Part shown: piece after piece, positions 46,901 to 61,390 of the stretch | How the letters are laid out: the number at the start of each line of letters is the position of its first letter | Position numbering within the stretch: the stretch's first letter is position 1 | DNA from: the human T2T-CHM13v2.0 reference genome, Homo sapiens | Strand: one strand, 5' to 3' | NCBI RefSeq assembly: GCF_009914755.1 | Contig: NC_060927.1 | Length of the DNA: 64,000 nucleotides | Program-made: the position numbers and the translations under genes | The notes under the pieces: generated by a model | Database searches by the model: none | Told to the model about the DNA's origin: nothing | Seen by the model: the letters and a program-made list of their open reading frames with translations, nothing else

Positions 46901-49900
46901 CCTGTATCCTCTTTGTTTTGGCCAATTTCCCCCATTTGGAATGACGGTATTTACCCGATACCTGTAACCCCATTGTATCTAGGAAGTAACTAGCTTGCTT
47001 TTGATTTTACAGGCATGTAGGTGGAAGGGACCTGCCTTGTCTCAGATGAGACTTTGGACTGTGGACTTTTGGGTTAATGCTGAAGTGAGTTAAGACTTTG
47101 GGGGACTGTTGGGAAAGCGTGATTGGTTTTGAAATGTGAAGACATGAGATTTGGAGGGGCCAGGAGTGGAATGATATGGTTTGGCTCAGTGTTCCTACCC
47201 AAGTCTCATCTTGAATTGTACTCCTATAATTTCCACATGTTGTGGGAGGGAGCTGGTGGGAGACAATTTGAATCATGGGCAGTTTCCCCCATACTGCTCT
47301 TGTGGTAGTGAATAAGTCTCACAAGATCTGATGGTTTTATCAGGGGTTTCTGCTTTTGCCACTTCCTCATTTTCTCTTGCCACTGCCATGTAAGAAGTGC
47401 CTTTCACCTCCCACCATGATTCTGAGGCCTCTCCAACCATGTGGAACTGTAAGTCCAAGAAACCTCTTTTTCTTCCCAGTCTCGGATATGTCTTTGTCAG
47501 CAGTGTGAAAATGGACTAATACATTGGTGGTATTTGCTGTGGGCCTGAGGCAGTGTTGACCACGGGGAGAGACTCCTCTGCTTGTGGAAAGCGGAAAGGA
47601 GAATAAGAAGGACTTTGTTTTGTTGCTTATGTGCCAGATCAGCCAGAGTAGAAGAGCGCACCATGGAGATTCCTAGAGCTTCTGACTCCAGCCTTGGGTC
47701 CCACATGGACTCTCTGGACTTACCCAAGGCTGGAGAAAACTTTCTGTCCTGAAGGAAACAACACACCCTATCTGGCTTCCCCACCTGGTGATTGTACAGC
47801 CTTAGGGCATTGATCAAACATAGGGCGTAGCCACGCAGTGGCTACCACAGGCCTTTGAGGAGACCCAGTAGCATGCTGCTTTCTGGATTGATCCAGAGCA
47901 GTTCCAGTGGTGGTGGCCACAACAGTGCTGTTTTACTTCTCCCACAGCTCCAGGTGACTCAGCACAGAGAGAGAAAGAAACTCTGTTTGTTTGAAAGAAA
48001 GTAAGGGAAAAGGACAAGAATCTCTGCCTGGGCAATCCAGATAATTATGCAATTAGTGTTAAGTTGTCATCAGTTTAAAGTAATAGGTTATAAGATATTA
48101 TTTGCAAACCTCATGGTAACCTTAAATCAAAAAACATACAATGATTCACAAAAAAGAAAAAGCAAGAAATTAAAACATACCACTAGAGAAAATCACCTTC
48201 ACTAAAAAGAAGACAGGAGGAAGAAAAAAAGGAAGACAAGACCACAAAACAACTGGAAACAAAAAACAAAATAGCAGAAGTAAGTCCTTAATTATAAATG
48301 ATAACATTGAATGTAAATAGACTATCTATTCAGAAGACATAGAGTGGCTGAATGGATTAAAAAAAAAAAAAAGCCTCAGACTCTGTAGCCTAAAAGAAAC
48401 ACACCTCACCTATCAAGACAGACTGAAGATAAAGGGAAGACACAAAGAAGTTATTATATAATAATGGAGTGAATTCAGCAAGAAGGTATAAGTTATTGTA
48501 AATATAAATGCACCTAGCACTGGAGCACCCAGATTTATAAAGCAACTATTATTAGAGCTAAAGGGAGAGCTTGATCCCAATATAATAATAGCTGGAGAGT
48601 TCAACATCAAACTTTCAGGATTGAAGAGATAATTCAGACAAAATAAATAAAGATGCTTTGGACTGAAAAGGCACTGTAGACCAAATGTCCCTAATAGAAC
48701 ATTTCATTCAACAGCTGCACAATACACATTTTACTCCTAAGCACATGAATCATTCTCAAGGGTAGACCATATAGGCCACAAAACAAGTCTTCAAAAGCTC
48801 AAAAAATTGAAAGTATATCGAGTATCTTCTCTCTACAATGGAATAAATTTTAATTATTCCATTAAATGGAATAAAATTTAAATTAATTACAAGAGGGATT
48901 TTGGAAACCATAAAAAAAAACAGAAATTGTGCAATATACTCCTCAAAGACCAGTGGGTCAATGAAGAAATTAAGAAGGAAATCAAATATTTCTTGAAACA
49001 AATGATAATGAAAACACAACATACCAAAACCTATGGGGTATAGTAGAAGCAGTACTAGGAGGAAAGTTTATAGCTATAAGCACTTACATCAATAAAGTAG
49101 AGAAAGTGCTACAAATAAACAACTAATAATACATCTTAAAGAATTAGAAAAACAAGAGAAAACCAAAACCAAAATTAGTAGAAGAAAAAAATAATAACCC
49201 AAGGATAGATATATAAAATTGAAACAAAATTCAAAAAATCAGAACAATGAAAAGTTGTTTTTTCTTGAAAAGACAAACAAAAGTGACAAACCTTTAGTCA
49301 GACTAAGAAAAAAAGAGATAAGACCCAAATAAATAATATCAGAGATGAGAAAGGAGACATTACAACTGATACCACAGAAATTCAAAGAATTGTTAGAGGC
49401 TACTCTGAGCAAGTATATGCCAATAAAATGCAAAATCTAGAAGAAATGGATAAAGTTCTAGACACATACAACCTACCAAGATTGAATCATAAAGACATCA
49501 AAAAAATCAACAGAGAAATAAGTAGTAATGAGAATTAAGCAGTAATAAAAAGTATTCCAGCAAAGAAAAGCCAAAGGCCTGATGGCTTCACAGCTGAATT
49601 TTACCAAACATTTAATGAAGATTTAATACCAATCCTACTGAAACTATTCAAAAAACAAGAGGAGAAATAAATATCTCCAAACTCATTCTACCAGGCTAGT
49701 ATTACCCTGATACCAAGCCATGCAAAGACACATTACAACAACAGCAACAGCAACAAATAAACAGACAAAAAACTTCAGGCCAATATCCCAATGAACATTT
49801 ATGCAAAAATTCTCAGCAAAATATTAGCAAACTGAACTGAACATCACATTAAAAAGATCGTTCGTTATAACCAAGTGGGATTTATCTCAGGGAAGCAACA

Positions 49901-52413
49901 TATACAAATCAATCAATGTGATACATCATGTCAAGAGAATAAAGGACAAAAACATTATGGTTAGTTCAACTGATGCTGAAAAAGCATTTGATAAAATTCA
50001 CAATCCCTTCATGATAAAAACACTCTAAAAACTGTGTAAATGGACCATTACTCAATAAAATAAAAGCCATATACAACAGACTCACAGATACTATCATACT
50101 GAATGCAGAAAAACTGCAAGCTTTTCCTCTAAGATTTGGAACATGAGGTGGAACAGTGTAAAATGATGTCCACTTTTACCACTGTTATTCAACGTATTAT
50201 TGGAAGGCCTAGCTAAAGCAACCAGACAGGAGAAATAAATAAAAGGCATCGAAATTGGAAAAGAAGAAGTCAAGTTATTCTGGCTTGCAGGTGACATAAT
50301 CTTTTATATTTGAAAAAAACCTAAAGACCCCACCAAAAAACCACTGGAACTGATAAACAGTAAAATTTCAGGATACAAAATAACATAAGAAAATCAGTAG
50401 TATTTATACATGCCAGCAGCAAACAATCTGAAATAGAAATTGAGAAAATAACTCCATTTATAATACCTATCGAAAAAATAAAATACCTAGGAATTAACAT
50501 AACCGAAGGAGTGAAAGATCTCTGCAATGAAAACTGTAAAATGTTGATGAAAAAAATTGAAGAGGAAACAAAAATGGAAGGATATTCAATGTTCATGGAT
50601 TGGAAGAATCAATATTTTTAAATGTCCATACTTCTAAAGGAATCTACAGATTCGATGCAATCCTTATCAAAATAACAATGACATCCTTCACAGAAATAGA
50701 AAAAGCAATCCTAAAATTTATATGGAACTAGAAAAGATGCTGAATAACCAAAGCTCTCCTGAGCACAAAGAGCAAAGCTGGAGGAATCACATTACCTGAC
50801 TTCAAATTATACTACAGAGCTATAGTAACCCAAATAGCATGGTACTGGCATAAAAACAGACACATACAGACCAGTGGAACAGAACAGAGAAACCAAAAAC
50901 AAATACAGACACCTACAGTGAACTCATTTTTGACAAAAGTATGAAGAATATAAACTGGGGAAAAGACAGTCTCTTTAATAAATGGTGCTGGGAAAACTGA
51001 ATATACATATGCTGAAGAATGAAACTAGACCCCTATCTCTCACCATATACACAAATCAAAAATTGTTCAAAGACTTAAATCTAAGACTTCAAACTATGAA
51101 ACTACTACAAGAAAACATTGGGGGAAACTCTCTAGGACATGGATCTGAGCAAAAATTTCTTGAGTCATACCCCACAAGCACAGGCAACCAAAGCAAAAAT
51201 GGACAAATAGGAAAACCTTAAGTTAAAAAATTTCTGCACAGTAAAGGAAACAATAAACAAAGTGAAGAGGGAACTCACAGAATGGGAGAAAATATCTGCA
51301 AACTATTCATCTTACAAGGAACTAATAAACGGAATATATATGAAGAGCTTAACTCTGTGGGAAGAAATCTAATAATCTGATTTTAAAATGTGCAAAAGAT
51401 CTGAATAGACATTTTTCAAAAGACATGCAAATAACAAACTGGTATATTAAAAAGTGCTCAACATCATTGATCATCAGAGAAATGTATATTAAAACCACAA
51501 TGAGATAGTGTCTCACTGCAGTTAAAACAGCTTTTATCTAAAAGATGGGCAAGAACAAATGCTGGCGAAGATGTAGAGGAAAGGGAACCCTTGTACACTG
51601 CTGGTGGGAATGTAAATTAGTACGGCCACTGTGGAATACAGTTTGGAGGTTCCTTAAGGAAATGAAAATAGAACTGCCATATGATCCAGCAATTCCACTC
51701 CTAGGTATATACCAAAAAAAAAAAAAAAAAAAGAGAGAGAAGTCAGTGTATTGAAGAAATATCTGCACTCCCATGTTTGCTGTAGCACTATTCAGAGTAG
51801 CCAAGATTTGCAGTCAACCTAAGTATCCATCAACAGAGGGATGGATAAAGAAAATGTGGTAATATAGACAACGAAGTACTATTCAACCATTAAAAAGAAT
51901 GAGATCCTCTCATTTGCAAATGAGATGTTATCTATTGACAACACTGATAGAACTGGAGGTTATTATGTTAAGTGAAATAAGCCAGGCACTGAAAGAAAAT
52001 CTTCACATGTTCTCACATATTTGTGGGAGCTAAAAATTAAAAACAATTGAACTCCTGGAGATTCAGAGTAGAACAATGGTTATCAGGGGCTGGGAACAGT
52101 AGTGAGGTGTTGGGCGACAATTGGAGATGGTTAATGCATACAAAAATGTAGTTAGATATAATGAATAAAATCTAGTATTTGATAGCACAGCATGGTGACT
52201 GCAATCAACAATAATTTACTGTATATTTAAAAATAACTAAAAGAGTATAATTGGATTATTTGTAACACAAAGGAAGGATAAATGCTTGAGGTGATTGCTA
52301 AGCCATTTATCCTGATGTGATTATTACACATTGAATGCCTGTATCAAAATATCTCATGTACCTCATAAATATGTATGCCTACTATGTACTGACAAAAGTT
52401 AAAAGAAGAAATT
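43950..52413 (+). mobile_element. L1MA2-like LINE with 5'UTR, no ORF1, decayed ORF2 and 3'UTR
   Basis: 5' end gaggaggcagagcaagatgtccaaatagaagcc and an L1MA1/2-type 3'UTR. 15-bp TSD aaaaagacacctgca (43935-43949) / aaaaagatacctgca (52414-52428). Confidence 0.9.
45250..47523 (+). mobile_element. Full-length THE1B-like MaLR element (LTR 45250-45595, internal 45596-47171, LTR 47172-47523)
   Basis: Two ~350-bp direct LTRs (tgatatggtt...ggactaataca) flank a ~1.58-kb THE1-int starting gtaaattggtaccagtagag. Confidence 0.95.
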
Positions 52414-52870
52414 AAAAAGATACCTGCAATCATATATTTATCGCAGAACTATTCACAATAGCAAAGTCATGGAATCAACCTGTGTCCATCAATGGGTGGT
52501 TGGATAAAGAAAATGTGGTATGTATACACCATGGAATACTAAGTAGCCATACAAAAGGATGAAATCATGTCTTTTGCAACAGCATGAATGGAGGTAGTAA
52601 GTGAAATGACTGGGAAACAGAAAATAAAATGCTGCATGATTTCACTTATAAGTGAAAGCTAAATAATGGGTTCACATGGACATATAGAGCAAAATAATAC
52701 ATTCTGGGGACTCCAAAAGAGGAGAAGGAGGGAATGGGGGTGAGGACTTAAATAGTGTACAATGTTCACTATTTGGGTTATGGGCAAACTACAATGCCAA
52801 ACATCATCATTATGCAATATATCCATGTAAAAAATCTGCACATGTGCCCCCCGAATCTATAAAAAAAAAT
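52414..52870 (+). mobile_element. L1PB-like 3' fragment, right part with 3'UTR and A tail
   Basis: ORF2 end, then gcaatatatccatgtaaaaaatctgcacatgtgcccccc...tctataaaaaaaaa. Confidence 0.85.
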
Positions 52871-53036
52871 AGAAAGATAAGCACTAGAAGACACTATTCC
52901 AACTGAATTTATATGATACTTTCTGAATTTTGACAATAAAAAAAATGCTTACATTTGCCTTTTATTGTTGAATTTCTCTACTTGACCTTGTGAGGCCCAA
53001 TAAGGAAAGAAACATGTTCTAATAACATATTGTTAA

Positions 53037-53400
<364 letters not shown>

Positions 53401-53591
53401 CTTATTATGAACTTTTAAGAAATTTGCCCTTTATAAGTGCATATGTAAACCCTTGCAATATGAACCAATAGAGAAAAAAACATATTGTAATGACATATTC
53501 TCTATGTTTACTAATAAAGGTGTTTTTCTATCAAACTCTTCCATTCACTGAAAGAAAACAGTTTAGGATGCATCTTAAAGAAAGTATACTT

Positions 53592-53905
53592 GGCTGGTCG
53601 TAGTGGCTCACGCCTGTAATCCCAGCACTTTGGGAGGCCAAGAAGGGCAGATTACCTGAGGTTGGAATTTTGAGACCAGCCTGGCCAGCATGGTGAAACC
53701 CCGTCTCTACTAAAAATACAAAAATTAGCCGGGCGTGGTGGCGCGTGCCTGTGATCCTAGCTACTCGGGAAGCTGAGGCAGGAGAACTGCCTGAACCCGT
53801 GAGGCAGAGGTTGCAGTGTTGCAGTGAGCCGAGATCGCACCATTGCACCCTAGCCTGGGCGACAAAAGCAAAACTCCGTCTCAAAAAAAAAAAAAAAAAA
53901 AAAAA
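53592..53905 (+). mobile_element. AluS
   Basis: Full dimer, internal gttgcagt duplication and a long A tail. Confidence 0.95.
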
Positions 53906-54729
53906 GGATGGTTACATTTTATTGCCTTTTCTTGCTGGATTTCTCTCTTGGCCTTATAGGGCCCAATGGAAAAAAGAAACATGTTTTAAAAATATATTCT
54001 CAATGTGTGCTTACAAAACTGCATGTGTCTAACTTTCATTCATTCAAAGAAAATTTCTTATAATGAATCTTTGAGAAAATATGCTTATATTTACCTCTTA
54101 TAGCTGCATATGTAAATCCATGTGATATGAACAAATAGATTCTAATAAAAAAATTACAAAGCAGCAACAAATGATATTAAAAGAATACACTTCATTGCAA
54201 GTTTATTTGGCATAATCTCCAAGAAAAGGAACCAGAGACAGGAATGCTGGTAATGACTGAGAATTAGTAATGATTTCAAAGGAAACAAGAGAGTTGAACT
54301 GAGTCTCAAAGACTGGGAGGCTCAGGGTAAGAGTAGGGTAGAGAAGATAAAGAATTTCTTGGCTTTTGTTACACTGTTTCTTTCAGGGCTTCTTTATTCA
54401 CTTAACGCCAGTCCTTTCATCTTCATGGGCTCAACACTTTTTTTTTTTTTTTTTTTTTTGCTTTTTAAATCTTACTCAGGATCTCATTTCTTGAGGTCCA
54501 ATAAATTATCTTATTTCTTTACTTCAAGTTGGGTAACTGTTATTTCTAATAGAAAGAGTTGTACCTTATCCACTGATTTTGGATCCTTAATTTTTTTCTA
54601 CTTTATACGTGTTTCCTGGGAGATCTTCACCCTTATTTAGATACCATTAAACAGGCTTTAGCAATTACTAAAAACATGATTTCCAAACCTGTTTCTTGAG
54701 TTCATACCTTCTTTCTATACTGTTGATTG

Positions 54730-54897
54730 GGTGATTCTAAACCTGGAACAATTTTGTCCCCTAGGAAATGTTTGGCAATGTTGAAAATCACTTTTGATTT
54801 GCCCACTGGAGTTGGGGGTGGCTACTGGCTTCAAGCGGGTAGAGGCCAGTGATAGGCTAAATATCCTACAAGGCACAGGCTGCTTTCCACCTCCTAA

Positions 54898-54961
<64 letters not shown>

Positions 54962-55032
54962 GCACATCCCAAAGAAGCAAAGAATGATCCCATCCCAAAT
55001 GTCAAAAGTTCTGAGATTAGAAATCCTACTGC
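54730..55032 (+). mobile_element. MER20 (hAT-Charlie) with an internal (CT)n(CA)n microsatellite at ~54898-54965
   Basis: attttgtcccctaggaaatgtttggcaatg...gggtagaggccagtgat...cccaaatgtcaaaagttctgagattagaaatcct. Confidence 0.85.
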
Positions 55033-55782
55033 AACCCTGTATGTCAAACTGCTAATTGGTTTTTGTAATTTTAATATATCCTAAATGTCTCAGATTATAC
55101 TTAATCAAAATGGAATATTTCATTTTTATCACCCGAGCTGTAAAGAATGTTCGGACAGAACTTAATATGGTTTAGCCTTCATAACATTTCTTTAACTATT
55201 AGCAGTTTCTTTAAGAAGTTAGGTCATACAAGTAAGAATTGACTCAACATTTTGTTTTTCACAAAGCCACAGCAACAAGTTGACACAAAGAACTTAAAGC
55301 AGCCGGCCAGTGGGAGTGAGAACTCCTGTTACCAGGTTGAAGCTTCTTTGGGAATCTGTTCCCTTTATTTTACTTTTCCTTTGGATTCTTACCACCTCCC
55401 ACCCTATTCATGCTCTTCCCCAGGTTATGCCTATTATTTTTTTTGATCCAGTTAACTAATCATCATATGCCTGTAAGATTACCATAAAAATAACTCTGCT
55501 TTTGTGAAATAGCTATGCCTATTTCTAATTTGGTAAGGACAATTTCCTGTACTGTGGATTGACATTCTCTGTCAGACATACAATATAAATTTCACATATG
55601 TTCACATCTTTAGAAATATAGAATATTATTTCTAAGTTTTTCCCAAATGAGTACAATATACCATTTTTCTAGAAATGTTAAGTATAAACTTAAAAATATC
55701 AACATTCCTATCTTTAGTATAAAGTTTATTTTTACATGAAACTGGCAACTACTGTATATAATTGCAACTTGAGGGCTGGGAC

Positions 55783-56019
55783 CAGTGGTGTGTTGGGAAA
55801 ACAAATCCCTGAAGAAAAAAAAGGAAGAAAAGAAGAAAGAAAGAAAGGAATAAATAAAGAAAATCCATATATGTAGTATTTGCCTATTTCTGTGGAATAA
55901 ATACTCCCACTGTTGCCAATTTCAGGTTTCCAGTGGTTTAATACGTGACTCATAGACTTCCTGAATATTTAAAAATTGGCTCCCATAAGCCAGGATGAGT
56001 CTGCTCCAGTACACCACTG
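55783..56019. mobile_element. MER63-like hAT MITE
   Basis: TIRs cagtggtgtgttgg / ccagtacaccactg. Confidence 0.65.
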
Positions 56020-57469
56020 ACTACTGTGTTTGGTTCTATAGGTAAAGCAGCAATGAAGTGGGAATCTCATGGTATGGAATTTTTGTCCTGGTTAGCTAGT
56101 TCATGTTTCAGCTTCTCAATTGCAAAATGTAATGGTTGCACTGATGATCTCCAAGATCTATTTTGGTTGCAGCAGTCAAAGGTGCAAAGTGTTCTGTCAT
56201 CAGTTACAATGACTCTTACTGTGAAAACATCAAATGTCACAAAAATTGGAAATGAAATTGCTATAAATGGTGTTTATTTTTCTTTTTTTGTTCATTTTGT
56301 TTATTATAGGTTAAATTCTGAATAGGCATCCTACTTCTCTAAAATAACTGTATATGGATTGAAATAATTATTTTTATTATTGAAATATTTTTGTTAGTTT
56401 ATATATTCCTTCATTAATTATGCTTTCCACACTAAGTAAAACATCCCTGTACCATTAACTTTGGTGTCATTATTTTTATCTAAAAGGAGCCAATTTTTTA
56501 AATTGGGTATCTTTTTATGGAATTTTGGCAATGCAACATGAGTTTGATGATGTGACATCTGAGAGATTTCATGAAGAGGCAATCAGTAGTAGGAAGTAGA
56601 GACTGTACTTTTTATGTGCTTTATCTAAATAGACATATGCTTCTATTCTTTTATGCTATAAATAATTGCTGGCATCTGTGACATACAGATATTATTATGT
56701 TAAGAGTCTGTTTTTGTGAAGTGTAACCAAGCCAAAGGAATAAGCCAAGTTTTTATTCCCTCTTTCTGGTCAAATGCAAATTTTCTATTTAAAAGGCAAA
56801 GTTTTCATTACCAAAAGATGAATGAGATGGCACTAAATTTCATTTGGTTCCTTTATTTTTTTACATAGATAATAATGTGTCATACAAAAATATGCAGTAG
56901 GTGATTTTCTTTGACTATGAATTTGACACTTATAAAAGTAAAAATGAATTAATTTAACTAAAACTTTCTGCTTCTTTGTTAATCTGCCAGTTAGCCCATG
57001 CTAAAACCATATTCATGGCATCATAGAAGGTGATGAATGACTGAATGATCCTGTAGGAGTAACAATTCAATTTCTTTACTAAGTGTATGGGAAAACACAC
57101 CCAAAGCTAGCAAATGACTTGACCTAAATAATACAGAAAGGATCATTCTGCTTTTTCTGCTCTATCCCAGAGCATCTTGGCATTTAGCAGTATCTATCTT
57201 TTCTATTACAAGAACATAAACTTAAAAAATATTCTTTTATCTACCTTCTTACACTACCACTCACAAACAACCTACTTCTTTTTACCTATTTAGATTCAAG
57301 AGCCATCGATCTCTTTTATCTCTTTTCTACAAATTTCATAGCAGAATTTGATCATACTCTTCTCTGCGTACTAAAGTGAAGTGACTGATAAGAGATAAAA
57401 GAAAGCTCCTTCTAGGAAGCATTTGCATTTTCACAGATATTCAAGAGAACCTTAGATTATCTCTCATAA

Positions 57470-60400
57470 CCTTATTATTTTAGAAAATTTAAGGTTTACA
57501 GAATCATTGTAAGATACTACAGAGAGCTCCCATATATCCCACATCCACTGCCCTCTATTGTTAACATCACATTGATATAGTGCATTTGTCATAATTAATT
57601 AACCACCATTGATATTTTATTATTAACTAAAATGTATACTTTATTCAGATTTTCTTAGTTTTTACCTAATTTATTTTTTGTATGGCAGAACCTCATCCAG
57701 CATAACATACTACATTTTTTTTGGTCTTAATTTCTTAGGTCCCTCTTGGCTAAGACAATATCTCTGACTTTCTTTGTTTTTATGGCTTTAATAGTTTTGA
57801 GAATTAGTGGTCAGGTATTTTATAAAATGTTTCTCAATTGGTATTTGACTGATGTTTTTCTTATGATTAGACTGGAGTTATAGGTTGTTGGGAGGAAGAC
57901 CGCAGAGTTCAAACGCTATTCCGATCACATTATATCAAGGATATATACTATCACTGCATTATCACTGTTTATGTCAAGCTTCAATACCTAGTCAAAGTAG
58001 TGTTTATCAGATTTCCCCACTGTGCAGTTACTCTGGGTTTCCATACATTCTTTGGAAGGAAGTCACTACGTGCAACCCATATTTAAGGAATGGGGGTTAT
58101 GCTTCACCTTCAAATCAAATTATTTACGTAAATTGTTTGGAATTCTTCTGCACAAAAGATTTGTTCATTATCTTCAATTTATTTATTTTTTCAATCATTA
58201 TGTCACTATGAACTTATAGATATTTGGAATATGATTTAATATTACTTTATTTATGTTGTTGTTCTAATTGTTGCAGCAGTAATCATTGGGTGCTCTTTTA
58301 ATTGGTTCTTGTGTCCATATGACATTTCCCCATTATCATGTGGTTTTATTGATCACTTTTTTATTTTATGGCAATACTGGAGGCTCCAAGCCTATCTCGT
58401 ATATTTCCTTTCCTCGTCCTAGAATCAACCATTTCTCAGAAAGTCTTGGTGTCACTTACTGAAAAATGGTACTAGAAACCAAGATCTAGGTGCTAGTTTT
58501 ACTAACTGTTACTGGGATATCATTGATTTCAGGCCCTGTCAGCTGACACAGCAAAGAAATATATACATGTATACTAACACATTGCACATGATTATAAATA
58601 TTACTATTTGTAATCATCTATGCATATGTTAAGTTAAACATGAGTTTATACTGATGTCTCCAATTCTAATCCATTACCACATGAATTGGCCTCCTAATCT
58701 TGGTTATCCCACTACAAAAATGAGACACCTTGCTCCCACCATCTGTCATCCATTTATTTAATTGTTTAATTGCAGTACATAAGTATAGTAGTTTGAGAAT
58801 TGTTAACCTAACCCATGTGGAAAATAACTTTTGAGTTACAGCACAGTGCTTATATACAGTTCCTTTTGACTTCAATCTTAATTTCACTCATTCCAAAGTT
58901 GGTTAGGTCAGTGCTTTCTCCCTTGTCCCCACCAGTGAGGTTATTTCATAAATTTGTAACACAGTTAGCTTTTAGTCATACTCTACACTCTATCCTGGGA
59001 CTCTTCAGCCTCATAAATGTTTTTTCTTAATTGCATACATGAAGGTTCACTCTTTGTACTGTAAATTTCTATGAGTTATCACAAATGCATAGTGCCATGA
59101 AACCACCATGTAACCACCATTAGTTTCATGCAGAATATTTTTACCTTAAAATTTCTTGCGCTTCACCTATCAGTTCTTCCGTGCCACCCAAACACCTGCC
59201 AACCATCATTATAGTATAATCCAGAAGAGCTTCACCACTTTAAAAAAGTCTCCTGTCCTTCACCTATTCAGTCCTCCAACTTCCCCCTGAGTCACTGCCA
59301 ACCACTGATCTGTTTATCTCTATAGCTTTGCTTTTCCCAGTATGTCACATAATTAGAATCATACAGAATGTAGTCTTTTCAGACTGGCTTCTTTCACTTA
59401 GAAATATAGATTAAGATTCATCTATGTTTATGTATGGCTTGATAGGTCCTTTATTGTTAACACTGAATAGTATTCCATTGTATGGATATACCACATCTTG
59501 TTTATCATGTCACCTTTTGAAGGACATCTTGTTTGCTTCCAGTTTTGGAATATTATGAATAAAGCTACTATGGGTATAAGGCTTCAGATCAGTTGGGTAA
59601 ATATATAGGTGTGCAATTGCTGACTGATATGGTAAGAGTATATTTAGCTTTGTGAGACACTGCCAAGCTGTCTTCCAATGGGGCCGTACCACTTTGAATT
59701 TCTATCAGCAATGAATGAGAGTTCCTGTTGCTTTGCATCCTTTCCAGCAATTGGTATTGTTATTTTTTAGGTATTAGTTATTCTAATAGGATTATGGTGA
59801 AATCTATTTACTGTTTTAATTTGTATTTCCCTGAGGACAAATGATTTGTGCATCTTTTCATGTTCTTACTTAACATGTGTGTATCTTCTATGATGGAAAT
59901 GAATAGAGGAACTAAAAATAGACCCACATGTATATAGTCAACGGATTTCAAAAAAGGCACAACTGCAATTCAATAAAGAAAAAATAGTTCTTTCAACAAA
60001 TAATGGTAGAACAATTGGATATATACAAATGCAAAGAGAGTGAGAGACAGAACCTAGACTCAGAGCTGTGTATGTCTTCTTTGGTGAGGTGTCTGTTCAG
60101 AGCTTCTGCTTATTTCTTTGCGTTGTTTGCTATCTCACTGTTGAGTTCTAAGAGTTCTTTGTATGTTCTGGATACAAGACCTTTATCAGATATGTGTTTT
60201 GTAAATATTTTGTCCAAGTCTGTGTCATGTATTTTCAGTCTCAACAATATCTTTCACAAAGCAGAATTTTTAAATTGTAATAAAATTGAAATTGACACGT
60301 TTTTCTTTCATGGATCACAATGTTTAGTTGGTATTGTACCTAAAATCTCATCATTAAACTCAAGGTCATCTACATTTTTCCTATTAAAAGATCTATTGTG

Positions 60401-60715
60401 TTACATTTTGCATTTTGGCCTATGAACTATACTGAGTTAATTTTTGTGTGATGTATTAGCTCTGTGTCTACGTTGTCTCCCTCTCTCTCTCTTTGCATAT
60501 GTATATATCCAACTGTTCCACCACTATTTGTTGAAAGGACTATTTTTCTTTATTGAATTTCATTTGTACCTTTTTCAAAATCAGTTGACTATACATGCGT
60601 GGGTCTATTTTTAGTTCCTCTATTCAGTTCCATCAAACTAAATGTCTATTCTTTTGCCAGTATACCACGTTGGCTTCACTACTGCAGCTTTATGGGAAGT
60701 CCTTAAATCAATTGT
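57470..60715 (-). mobile_element. L1MC/MD-type LINE 3' portion
   Basis: Long reverse L1MC-like 3'UTR, then antisense ORF2 C-terminus (MVRPHWKTAWQCLTKLNILLPY on the minus strand). Confidence 0.8.
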
Positions 60716-61390
60716 TCACTCTCAGTTCTCTGATAAGTCCAAGCAAAGTAATCGTTTAAGTTTGTCCAGCTTTTTCTCATTGATGACTTCTAAACTCTTA
60801 ACACGTCAAAGTTGATTCCAGAAGTTTTTCTTCATATGGTTTTTTTGAACTTTTGGGCACGGGTTGGTGGAATTGCTGTTTGATGGTGGGTATGGATTCA
60901 GGTTGTACTGATGTTTCAGGTTACTGGCTTATTTCATGTTTAAACTGTTATCAGAGGAAAAACAATCTCTCTATGTCTCAATTTTCCCAAGTTTAAATGA
61001 AAGAATTCCAATATACTGTCTTTAAGGTCCATAAAGTAATGTGATAATCCACCATTTCTCTCTGGTGTCTGGTTCCACCCAGAACTTTTGGGTCTAGGAA
61101 TGTCCTATTCTGGTGCCTCACCATATTTCCATCAGGCTTTCTTCTGGCCTGAAATAGCCTCTAACTCATGTTGCATTTTATACCTTTCTATAGTTTTGGA
61201 GACAAACTATGGTATTATATCATCAAAGCTGAGAAAGCATGAATAATCTGCCAGTCTGCATACCTGTGGAACAGATAGTTGCTTTATTCCAATCTATACT
61301 TCTTGTAAATGTTTTGTGGCTTTACTACTACCACCATTACTAGCTATTATTTCTTGAGCTCCATGTGCAAAACAGCATTATATACCTGAT

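Noticed and set aside
45588-47000. Multiple 65-131 aa ORFs
   Set aside because: Broken frames of the THE1 internal region.
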